A stretch of 63,894 nt of DNA, counting the filler, from Octopus bimaculoides (lineage: Eukaryota): NCBI RefSeq assembly GCF_001194135.2. It is 7 parts of 6 records of this genome, joined end to end, with 100 filler letters (N's around TTAATTAATTAA, not from the genome) between each part and the next. Parts side by side here need not be neighbours in the genome. Positions count along the whole stretch, not along the records: positions 19,005 to 38,795 come from NC_069007.1; 6 more parts are not named here. One strand, given 5' to 3'. Made by a program: the position numbers and the translations under genes. The first letter of the stretch is position 1, and each line of letters begins with the position of its first letter. This document shows positions 26,185-36,017 of this stretch, in pieces. The notes below the pieces were generated by a model. That model saw only the letters and a program-made list of their open reading frames with translations. It did no database searches and was not told where the DNA came from.

Positions 26185-26700
26185 TTATCTTGTATCTTTG
26201 GTTTGTTTCAGTCATTGGACTGCGGCCATGCTGGGGCACCGCCTTAAAGGGTCAAGTCGATCAAATCAACATCAGGACTTTTTTTTTTAATAAAGAGGGG
26301 AGTAGTACTTATTTCGTCGGTCACTTTGTCAGTAGTGCTAAGTAACAGGGACATAAATAAGGCAACACCGGTTGTCAAGCAGAGAAGGGATACAAACACA
26401 CAAAGGGATACAAACGCACAAGGGATACAAAGATGCATACACATACACATACACACACACATACACACACACATACACACACACATACACACACATACAC
26501 ACGCACATGCACACACGCACGCACACACATGCATATACGACGGGCTCCTACACAGTCTCCGTCTACCAAATTCGTTCACAGGACATTGGTCAGCCTGGTG
26601 GCTTTAGTAGAAGACTCTTGTCCAATGTGCCGCGATGTGGGACCGAACCGAAAACAACGCGGTTGCAAAGCGAGGTTCTTAACCACACAACCATATTTGC
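26185..26700 (-). mobile_element. Diverged SINE family A filling the oxygenase intron
   Basis: Tail, (CA/TACACA)n tract and head recognisable. It supplies the spurious first 35 aa of the 501-aa track ORF. Confidence 0.75.
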
Positions 26701-26777
26701 GTCAAATCAACAAAGTACTATACAAATGATCGCTTAATCTGCTAGATATGGCTCCCAAATCTCCGTCAAATCACATC

Positions 26778-26782
<5 letters not shown>

Positions 26783-26858
<76 letters not shown>
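26783..26858 (+). repeat. (GATA)n microsatellite next to the oxygenase splice donor
   Basis: Pure (TAGA)n run ending about 18 nt from the GT donor. The window also holds many (TA)n, (CA)n, (TACA)n, (TAA)n, (CAT)n and (CTA)n tracts. Confidence 0.95.
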
Positions 26859-26859
<1 letters not shown>

Positions 26860-26876
26860 TTAATATAGACACTAAC

Positions 26877-27068
26877 CAAATTTCCTTTTAACCATTCCGG
26901 AATTTTCCGATCGAAATAAATGGGAAAGTCATTGAATTCTTTGAGATTTGTCGTATATAAAGTGCTGAAAGTGTCTGCGAGTGCACTGGAAGCGGCGGTG
27001 AGAGATGACACTGGTAGCCCACAGACTGATAACAGTAGAGAGGCAAAGAGGGTCGCTGGAACACACAT
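26877..27068 (-). CDS. Carotenoid cleavage oxygenase, first coding exon with putative signal peptide
   Basis: ATG at 27068 in context acaATG; encodes MCVPATLFASLLLSVCGLPVSSLTAASSALADTF...IPEWLKGNL; donor TTG|GTTAGT at 26877/26876, phase 0. Splicing rebuilds the family motif IPxWLxGxLxRNG. Intron 26135-26876. Confidence 0.9.
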
Positions 27069-27081
27069 TGTTGGTCCTTTC

Positions 27082-27112
27082 CTGAGAAATGAAAGAAAGT
27101 GAATTCGATTAG
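27082..27112 (-). promoter_or_regulatory. Splice acceptor 13 nt upstream of the oxygenase ATG, implying an upstream probably non-coding exon
   Basis: Minus strand reads gCTAATcgaattcactttctttcatttctcAG|GAAAGGACCAACAATG: branch-point-like CTAAT, pyrimidine tract, CAG. Confidence 0.65.
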
Positions 27113-27207
27113 CAATGGTCATACCATATCTATCTGCCGGCTCGCCACCTGTATAATAATAATAATAACGATAATGATAGCAATAATAATGATAATAATA
27201 ATAATAA

Positions 27208-27675
27208 GGATATGCCAATACACACAGATAGAGAAATTAAGGCCAATAGGCCAGATATAGTTGTCAGAGATCATAAAGAAAAAAAATGCTTTCTAATTGA
27301 TGTATCAATACCAGCAGATGACAACGTTTCCCTAGAAGAAATGGAAAAACTTTCAAGCTACGAAGACCTGGAAATAGAGGTAACTCGAATGTGGAATCTA
27401 AAAACAGAAACAATTCCTCTCATAGAAAGCACCTTAGGTATAATAAAAAAAATATTCAGACAAATACATAACAAAAACACCAGGACTTACAAATATATAT
27501 AACATACAGAAAATTGCACTACTGGGCACTGCACACATCCTACGCAAAACACTTTCAATACAGTAACCATAAGAGCATCACAGTAAACCACAGTACATAC
27601 CCAAGGCAAACAGAGCTGCGCTCAGTAGTGAAGTGAAAGCACGTTATAAAAATAAAACTACTGAATAATAATAAT
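27208..27675 (+). mobile_element. 5'-truncated R4/Dong-like RLE non-LTR retrotransposon (endonuclease end plus 3' UTR) in an (AAT)n tract
   Basis: NRPDIVV...CFLIDVSIP...EKLSSYEDL (PD-(D/E)xK type), then frameshifted IQKIALLGTAHILRK*; (AAT)n on both sides. Confidence 0.85.
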
Positions 27676-27861
27676 GTAGAAAGGATTGGGATAACTCCTC
27701 TTGAAGATATAGAGTCAAAATTAAAATTAATAATAAGAAAATAGACATATATGCTTACTTTCTCGCGGTTCAAAGATCGCCCAATAATCAAAGGTGTTTG
27801 TTGAAGTTGTTATCAACACTGAAGATAGAAGTCTGCATTGACTTGCAAATATATATAGAGA

Positions 27862-27952
27862 GGGCTAGCGGTGCGGACGGGGGCTAGCGATGCGGAGGGG
27901 GCTAGCGGTGTGAAGAGGGCTAGCGGTGCGGACGGGGGTTAGCGGTACGGAG
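27862..27952 (+). repeat. GC-rich 18-19-bp tandem repeat, 5 copies
   Basis: GGGCTAGCGGTGCGGACGG and variants. Confidence 0.9.
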
Positions 27953-28056
27953 AGCAATGGGTATCTTCATGATAAGGATATATGCGTGTATATATGTGCT
28001 TGGATGTGGATATACTCATACAGATGTGTATGCATATATGTATGTTCGTATGTATG

Positions 28057-28101
<45 letters not shown>

Positions 28102-28193
28102 NNNNNNNNNNATACAAAAAATAACAACAGACGAGGACAGGTGGTGTAAATAACAAAAGTATATATCAGTATGACGCTCGGGAATACGGAAAG

Positions 28194-28230
28194 TCTTTGA
28201 CGTTTCGAGCTACGCTCTTCAACAGAAAGA
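28194..28230 (-). ncRNA. Minimal type-I hammerhead-ribozyme-like motif in a short Penelope-type repeat
   Basis: TCTTT-CTGTTGA-A-GAGC(GTA)GCTC-GAAA-CG-TC-AAAGA. Near-identical copies at 51810-51846(-) and 62815-62848(-); diverged copies at 9123-9160(+) and 46489-46516(+). Core position 6 is U rather than A. Confidence 0.55.
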
Positions 28231-28637
28231 ATACGGAGACAAGGAGAAAAACACGGAGAAAAAAAAATTGAATAGTGTTCAGTAAAAAAGGATGATAAAG
28301 GAGGTTTACAAAAGTGGAAAAGTTCAAAAGTTTTTTAGACGTCGTGATATATTGAAGCGATTTCCAATCAGAAGATGGGTCCAGTGTAATCTGTGGGTAG
28401 GAGAGGTGCAGCCGGAGGGTATAAAGTTCAGAATCAAACGTACGTTTTAAAGTACGTAATACATATCTTTGCGTAAATATGTGTATGTGCACGTGCGTGT
28501 GTGTGCGAGATATTTCTATAAAAAACTGTGCGAGAGATTACAAAAGAAAAGAAAGACCTGGAGATATGAAGGGAGAACATAAGGTTATAATACATAGATT
28601 TCTACGTTATTATTATTACTATTATAATTATTATTAA

Positions 28638-28848
28638 AGGCGGCGTGTTGGCAGAGTCGTTAGCACGCCGGGGTAAACGCTTAACGGTACTTCGCTCGTC
28701 GCTAAGTTCTGAGTTCAAATTCCGCCGAAGTCGATTTTGTTTTTCATCCTTTCGGGGTCGATAAATTAAGTACATGTTGAGTACTGAGGTCGATATAATT
28801 GAGTTACTCCTCTCCAAAATTTCAGGCCTTGTGCCTGTCGTAGAAAGG
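28638..28848 (+). mobile_element. SINE family B, full length
   Basis: GGCGGCGTGTTGGCAGAGTCGTTAGCAC...GAGTTCAAATTCC...AGAAAGGAT. Other copies at about 6285-6487(+), 6510-6720(-), 6750-6965(-), 7215-7350(-), 13100-13330(-), 30287-30495(+), 34056-34235(+), 38340-38490(-), 45330-45533(-), 52095-52210(-), 52540-52690(-), 60115-60250(-) and 63860-63894(+). Confidence 0.85.
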
Positions 28849-28861
28849 ATTTTTTTCCCCC

Positions 28862-29482
28862 TTTTTATTACGGGTTTTGTGGGACCCCCTGGAGTCTTGC
28901 ATGCACAGCGGGCACACAACCTACAGCCTACGGTTAGCCATTCTTTTCAGCTCTCTAATACTTCCCTAATTATTCTGGTCGTTCCAAGGAGGCAAACCTT
29001 TTGTAACAGTTCTACATGGAACTCTATTCCGATTTCCTTTATATTCCTCTTGATTCCTTCTGATACTGTTCCCAAAGACACAACAATAATTGGTACTGTC
29101 TTCACTTTCTTCATTTTCCATAGCCAAGCTATTTCACACTTCAGAGGATTGTATCTATCTATCTTGTCCACCACCACTAGGTACGGTCTGTTATGCTCTA
29201 GCACCTGATCTGTTTGGATTGGTTAAATCCCAGAGGATTTTGCTAATCTCCAACTCTGCCATTCTCTTCGGTTTGTGCTCATACCACATCTTGTCCCTCT
29301 CTAGCCCCCACTTTTTACACATTTCCCAATGTAGTACTTTCGCTACCTGGTCCTGTCGCCACAACGTGTAGTGGCTTTGGGCTAGTCTAAGACATTCGTT
29401 CGTGACATGGGCAATGGTTTCATCCACTCTACTGCAGATGCGGCACAGCAGAGACATTTGCTCGTTCCTAAGGTTGACCCTC
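28862..29482 (-). mobile_element. Degenerate R4/Dong-like element: CCHC knuckle and RLE domain with internal deletion
   Basis: CRICSRVDETIAHVTNEC, LHWEMCKKWGL, KILWD, HNRPYLVVVDK, LLQKVCLLGTTRIIREVL; frameshifts present. Confidence 0.85.
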
Positions 29483-29509
29483 CAGTTCGTGGCCAAAGGT
29501 CGGTCTTGC

Positions 29510-29800
29510 TGTGGACACGGTCGGCTTTATTCGAGAAGAATATGAGTCGGTTGCAGGGGCGAAAATCAAGCCGAGAAGGCGGTGGGCTTGTGACCGGGCA
29601 TCTGGAGAGGCAGGTCGATGTCGTCAGAGGGCTTTGTCGGACGCTGGACCAACGGACCAGTTAAACAGCTCGGGATCTGGTTCGGTTCCTCCAGGTGGAT
29701 AAGAACTAGGACGAGGTGACGAACAGGGCGGCCAGTCTTACCTAGAAATGAGCTGAGAGGAAACTGTCCTTGAAAGGTCGGGCAGAGGCGGATCTGAAAT
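29510..29800 (+). mobile_element. Tx1/L1-clade LINE reverse transcriptase fragment (pseudogenised)
   Basis: Across frameshifts: YESVAGAKI / EKAVGL*PGIWRG...GRWTNGPVKQLGIWFG / LQVDKN*DEVTNRAASLT*K*AERKLSLKGRAE. Confidence 0.75.
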
Positions 29801-31026
29801 AGAAATTCTCCCAGGACATTGGAGAGTTTAGTAAGTACCCAGCCACCCAACAAAAAAAAAACCTTTCTAGGAAAACCCTTCTCCACTCCCCCATCGATCA
29901 AACAGATGACTGTGTTAACAGTCATCTCTGAAAACCAAAAGTACGTAGCTCCATTTTTTTTTTTTCATGGCTTCAATGCGTTTGATCCTAATTTTACTCA
30001 ATCAGATCAGAAAAAAATTATCAACAAACTAATAAACAACAGCCGACTGCATTTTATCTTGACGTCAAAAATTCATAACTTATAATTCATAAATCTCATT
30101 TAAAATCATGAAGAGAACGTTGCAGTAGAATTATTAGAAATTCTGGTCAATGAACAGACGGTGATTTTCTCAAAATAAAAGTCACGGTATAAGACTATCA
30201 TCGTCAACGAGATAAGAAAAACACAAAGCAATTACGAAGTACTTGCATAGAAAGCGACCATCATCATCATCATTCTTGTTATTAAAGCGGCGAGCTGGCA
30301 GAATCGTTGGCACTCCGGATGGAATGCTTAACGGTATTTCGCCCGACTTTGTTTTGGGTTCAAATTCCGTCTCGGTCGACTTTACCTTTCATCCTTTCAG
30401 GGTCGATAAAATAAGTACCAGTTACGCACTGGAGTCGATGTAACCGACTAGCGCCATCCCCAAAATTTTAGGACTTGTACCTTTAGTAGAAAGAGTTATT
30501 ATCATTATTATTAGTAGTAGTAGTAGTAGTTTTTCAGTCTGCGTTGTCAGAGCAAAGGCCCGTGCGCTAAAACATGAGGGGACTAAAGCCGTCCGATGGG
30601 TCCGAACGGGGGAAACACGACGTGGCAACAAAACCACGATCGAGTCTTTGACGGATCTGGACGGGCGCGTGCTACATGGTTCTGAGCAGGTGTGTACGGT
30701 TGAATAAGGGTCGTTTAAGGACGTCGAACGAAATACCCATGTTTCCAGAGGTGAATTATTAAAACCCCAAAGAATTCCTCTCAACACATGGCTATGATGC
30801 TCCCCCACCACTTCTGCTTATGATCAGAGATGCACATATCGTCAGCCACTAAGAGACATGCTCAACTGGTTAAGGTCAAACAACTGACAAACAAATCTAT
30901 GGTATTGAGCAGAATATTTGCTCTATCCCATCTTTTATACCAGGACAAAACAATGTACACGATAACACTTCCAATCAATTAAGATCAGAAGCCATGAGAG
31001 CCACTGCCTGGTACTGCATCAGGGCA

Positions 31027-31027
<1 letters not shown>

Positions 31028-31058
<31 letters not shown>

Positions 31059-31889
31059 CATTACCTTTGCACAGCTTCTAACGCTGGAGATGTACTACAG
31101 TGTCAGCTGTTCACTACCAGTGAACTAAGGTAACACCTCTTATTTTTCAAGCNNNNNNNNNNNNNNNNNNNNNNNNNNNNNNNNNNNNNNNNNNNNNNNN
31201 NNNNNNNNNNNNNNNNNNNNNNNNNNNNNNNNNNNNNNNNNNNNNNNNNNNNNNNNNNNNNNNNNNNNNNNNNNNNNNNNNNNNNNNNNNNNNNNNNNNN
31301 NNNNNNNNNNNNNNNNNNNNNNNNNNNNNNNNNNNNNNNNNNNNNNNNNNNNNNNNNNNNNNNNNNNNNNNNNNNNNNNNNNNNNNNNNNNNNNNNNNNN
31401 NNNNNNNNNNNNNNNNNNNNNNNNNNNNNNNNNNNNNNNNNNNNNNNNNNNNNNNNNNNNNNNNNNNNNNNNNNNNNNNNNNNNNNNNNNNNNNNNNNNN
31501 NNNNNNNNNNNNNNNNNNNNNNNNNNNNNNNNNNNNNNNNCCTGGCTATATTGTCGTGGCGTCTCATATTCCTTCGGGGCTGGTGGCATACATTGGCCGG
31601 TAATATGCCATACTGTTTCACCATTTTGTCAACAGATTCTGCACTTATCACTTTCTGCTGTGTTGTCTATTCTGTATATTACGTAGTTTGTTCTTAGTGT
31701 TTGCTCTTGGATAGCACAGATTAGAGCCTCCGTTTCCGGTTTTAAATCACTTTTAGTCATCCACTGCCATCTTTTTTCTCTGTCTGTCTTATCTTCAACA
31801 TCCCTATAAAATTGACCATGCATTCTTTTCTTTACCCACTTGTTTTCAGTTTTATTCGTTTTCAATTTCTTGCATGGTGCTTTATCTTT

Positions 31890-31890
<1 letters not shown>
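31028..31890 (-). mobile_element. R4/Dong-like element fragment (gap 31153-31540) with (TAA)n tail
   Basis: KRMHGQFYR...WQWMTKSDLKPETEALICAIQEQTLRTNY...DKCRIC; 3' UTR ends in (TAA)n near 31030-31060. Confidence 0.8.
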
Positions 31891-31923
<33 letters not shown>

Positions 31924-32866
31924 NNNNNNNNNNNNNNNNNNNNNNNNNNNNNNNNNNNNNNNNNNNNNNNNNNNNNNNNNNNNNNNNNNNNNNNNNNNNN
32001 NNNNNNNNNNNNNNNNNNNNNNNNNNNNNNNNNNNNNNNNNNNNNNNNNNNNNNNNNNNNNNNNNNNNNNNNNNNNNNNNNNNNNNNNNNNNNNNNNNNN
32101 NNNNNNNNNNNNNNNNNNNNNNNNNNNNNNNNNNNNNNNNNNNNNNNNNNNNNNNNNNNNNNNNNNNNNNNNNNNNNNNNNNNNNNNNNNNNNNNNNNNN
32201 NNNNNNNNNNNNNNNNNNNNNNNNNNNNNNNNNNNNNNNNNNNNNNNNNNNNNNNNNNNNNNNNNNNNNNNNNNNNNNNNNNNNNNNNNNNNNNNNNNNN
32301 NNNNNNNNNNNNNNNNNNNTATATATATATATATATATTGGCTGTGTTTTCCAAAATGGAGACGAACACCTTTCTCTATGTGATCGGCTTGAAAAATTGT
32401 CAAGAGACTAGGATATTTTCTTACTTTTCTTAAGATGAAACCAATGGTAGCCTTAGTTCACAAATAAAGAAACTCTATCCACCAATGCGGTATTGAGCAC
32501 TCATTTTTATCGTTCGACATTTACGTGTGCGTGTGTGTCTGTGTTTGCGTGTGCGTGTGTGAACAAGCGTCTGAAACGTTTCCAGTTTAATCTTCTGACT
32601 GTCCTTGATAGTTTAATGGCAGAGCACGTGAAGAGATATGACTCAACTTCCCTTTCTCAGTCGACTGGGCACCCCACCGTACCCTGCCTATCTGACCAGC
32701 TTCAAACATTCTATGGGAAATATCACAGACGACACAAATGGTTTTCGCTCTTCTGCGATAAAAAACAATTCGTCTTCATGTAGGTCTGTATGTCTGTACA
32801 CTGATAAACACATTGTTTCCGACTGTCTACTTTAAGGTCACAATACATATGTGTGTGTGTGTGTGT

Positions 32867-33045
32867 GGAGGCGAAATGGCCCGGTGGTTAGGGCAGCGGA
32901 CTCGCGGTTTCGATTCCCAGACCGGGCGTTGTGTGTGTTTATTGAGCGAAAACACCTAAGCTCCACGAGGCTCCGGCAGGGAATGGTAGCGACCCCTGTT
33001 GTACTCTTTCGCCCCAACTTTCTCTCACTCTTTCTTCCTATTTCT
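32867..33045 (+). mobile_element. SINE family C, 5' part
   Basis: GGAGGCGAAATGGCCCGGTGGTTAGGGCAGCGGACTC...TTTCGATTCCC head matching 58485-58310. Confidence 0.8.
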
Positions 33046-33534
33046 TGAGTAAATAGACTGGCATCTGATTTATGCTTTCTTGGTGTATGATATCCACAAA
33101 TGCTGTTCTTTCTGTTGGTGCCGTGATGCATAATAGGCAGTACGGATGTAGTATCCTTATAATCATCCCTTTAAGTGATTAATATATCTTCTAATTAACT
33201 TATGTATATAATCTAAAGTAGCTCTCTGAAAGCGATCCGCGTAATAACAATATGAAACCCTAACGTTTTGATATCACTTTTTTTGTGGCTGTTCAATGTA
33301 GAACAAATGTTACATTTTAACCCCGGGAAAACATATTTTCCCGCTGGTTAACGACACACACTCTGTGTCTGTTCTTCTGCGGGTAAGGGAGCGATCCACG
33401 CCCACTCCAGCATGGCAAAACCAGTAGAGCTGGCCAGATTTCTAGGTAATTTCTTGTCCTCAGTACTGGATGTTTGCCTGCTAGACATGGCAGCTATCCG
33501 GCAGCTATCAAAATAAACAGTGCATGATCTCACA

Positions 33535-33920
33535 GGTGGGGCCCAGTTAGAATTTTCTTCGGGTTGAGTAGCCCATCCCGCTCAAAAGGTCTCTGAATAA
33601 GGGTTGTTTAAGGATGTTGAACGAAACACCCATGTTTCCAAAGGTGAATTATTCAAACCCCAAAGAATTCCTCTCAACACATGGCTATGATGCTCCCCCA
33701 TCACTCCTGCTTTTAATCAGAGATGCACGTATCGTCTGCCACTAAATAACATTGCTCAACTGGTTAAGGTCAAACAACTGACAAGCAAATCTGTGGTATT
33801 GAGCAGAATATTTGCTGTTAGTTTATCTTTTATACCAAGACAAAAAATGTACATTATAACATTTCCAATCTGTTACGGTCAGAAGCCATGAGTGCCAGTG
33901 CCTGGTACTGCATCCGGGCT
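33535..33920. repeat. Interspersed non-coding repeat adjoining (TTA)n; second copy at 30703-31026
   Basis: About 325 bp shared between copies, from GAATAAGGG to CTGCATC(A/C)GGGC, each followed by (TTA)n. Confidence 0.8.
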
Positions 33921-35286
33921 ATTATTATTATTGTTGTTGTTGTTATAAAACCACAAAAAGCATTGTGAAATTTTCCTGGTCGAATATTAATTTATTTCGC
34001 CGACCTCGACAGAGTTTGAACTCAGAACATAAAGACAGACGAAATACCGCTGAGCGAAATGCTTAGCAATATTTCGTCTGTCTTTATGTTCTGAGTTCAA
34101 ATTCCGCCGAGGTCGACTTTGCCTTTCATCCTTTCGGGGGTCGATGAATTAAGTACCAGTTGCGTACTGGAGTCGATCTAATCGACTGACTCCCTCTCCA
34201 AAAATTTCGGGCCTTGTGCCTGGAGTAGAAAAAATATCAAACGTGCAGTATTAAGAAAGAATTAGGCTAAGGGAAATCACTCGTCACTCTTCAAAACATT
34301 TGCACGAGTGATTTCCCTTGTAATTCAGATATATTTCGTTTTTTTGGTAATTCGTTTAACAGATGTTACGAGATGAATGGTCAGGCATATTTCTGGGGAC
34401 GCAGACGGTTTCGGGAAGCCATTTAATGGACTTTGCTGCGCCTATAACTCTAAGCCCAGTCAAAGCTTCGCAGGACGAAGGCCCCACAAAATTTCGACAA
34501 CTTCTTTATTTTTCCTCGCAACGTACCAGAAAGCACGTTCTGCTGAGCGACAATTCTTCCAGCTTTACGTTCTGAGTCCAAATTCTTCCGAGGTTAACTC
34601 TACCTTCTTATTACGGGGTCCATAGAAAATGTAACGGATGAGCAGTGGGGTCGATCTAATTGCCTGCAAGCTTCTCAACCACACAACTTGTTGAATGTCC
34701 TTCCTCGTTCGCAACCCCATGTCATTTGTCCCCCGTTCCCAAATCTTCACAAACACCTTTATCGTAGAGAATTCCATTCATGATTTTAGAATTTCCTAGC
34801 ATATCCTCACATGGTTTTCTGCAACCAAACTCTAAACCAGTTCCCTAGGCCGTTCCTCTAAGATTTGGCAGTTTCGCACAATGGTAATGATAGAGTAAGC
34901 ACCAGACTTAAAAGTCAGTTCGGAGATCAATTTCGTTCGCTGAATGCTTCAGGACAGAGCTCCAGTATGGCCACACTCCAATGGCTGAAATGTGTAAAAG
35001 AATTTAAAAAAAGATAGGCAGACAGATAATGTATGCACACACACAAACACTGCATGGATGTATGTATGTGTGTATGCATGTATGTGTGTATATATGTATG
35101 TATGTATATACGTGTATGTATATGTGTATTTATGCACGTATGTATGTGTGTATGTATGTATGTGTATGTACGTACGTATTTATGTATGTATGTATGCATG
35201 TACGTATGCATGTATGTGTGTATATATGTATTTATGTGTATGTGTGTATGTATGTATATATGTGTATGTATTTATGCATTTATGGA

Positions 35287-35331
<45 letters not shown>

Positions 35332-35662
35332 TTATATGGAGATGAGTCTAATATAATTAATTAGTGAAAATAATTTCAAAGCAACTCTTTCAAAGCTCTT
35401 CCCTGACGTCGTTGAATAATTCCACCCCTTCCCCCACCACCACCGCCTCCCCAACCTGCAGTAAAAGAACTGGCGTGAGGGTGTGAGTCAGGGGTGACCA
35501 ACATTCTTGACCTCTTTGGGTCAAGGTCCTCTTTGCTGATGACTGTACTAAACGCAAAGAGGTGGGGGGAAGGAGGTCAGAGTGACCAGGGGGTGATGCA
35601 GCATCGTTTGACCCTCATCACAACAGCCCTGCTGTGACGAAGATGTCCATCTCTTACCTATC

Positions 35663-36017
35663 ACTTGTTTTAGTCATTAGACTGCGACCATGCTGGGGCA
35701 TCACCTAGAAGAATTTATATTCGAATGCATCAATCCCAATACCATTTTTTAAAGCCTGGTACTTATTCTATCAATCCCTTTTGTCGAACCGCTATGTTAC
35801 AGGGACATAAACACACCAACACCAGTTGTCAAGCAGTGGAGGTGGGGGACAAACAGACAAATATATAAATATATACGACAGGCTTCATTCAGTTTCCATC
35901 TACTGCAGTAGGCCCGAGACTATAGTAGAAGACACTTGCCCAGTGTCACACGGTAGGACTGAACCAAGAACAATGTGATTGGGAAGCAATCTTCTTACCA
36001 TACAGCCACGCATGTGC
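35663..36017 (-). mobile_element. SINE family A, diverged full length
   Basis: Tail and head similarity. Other partial family-A copies at about 1351-1497, 3464-3665, 6015-6170, 14719-14865, 15832-16170, 21385-21557, 23188-23275, 53000-53180, 55180-55400 and 56425-56600. Confidence 0.7.

Noticed and set aside
26135-26239. First 35 aa of the 501-aa track ORF (MPQHGRSP...)
   Set aside because: Intronic SINE tail; the real exon starts at the acceptor 26134.
27123-27218. Tyr-rich N-terminal extension (MAYPYYYY...) of the 150-aa ORF
   Set aside because: Translation of (TAT)n and the edge of the Dong-like element, upstream of a good splice acceptor.
32713-32779. Plus-strand MGNITDDTNG...NNSSS followed by GTAGGT, resembling a GPCR N-terminal exon
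   Set aside because: No compatible downstream exon found; the acceptor near 34362 gives an immediate stop in that phase.
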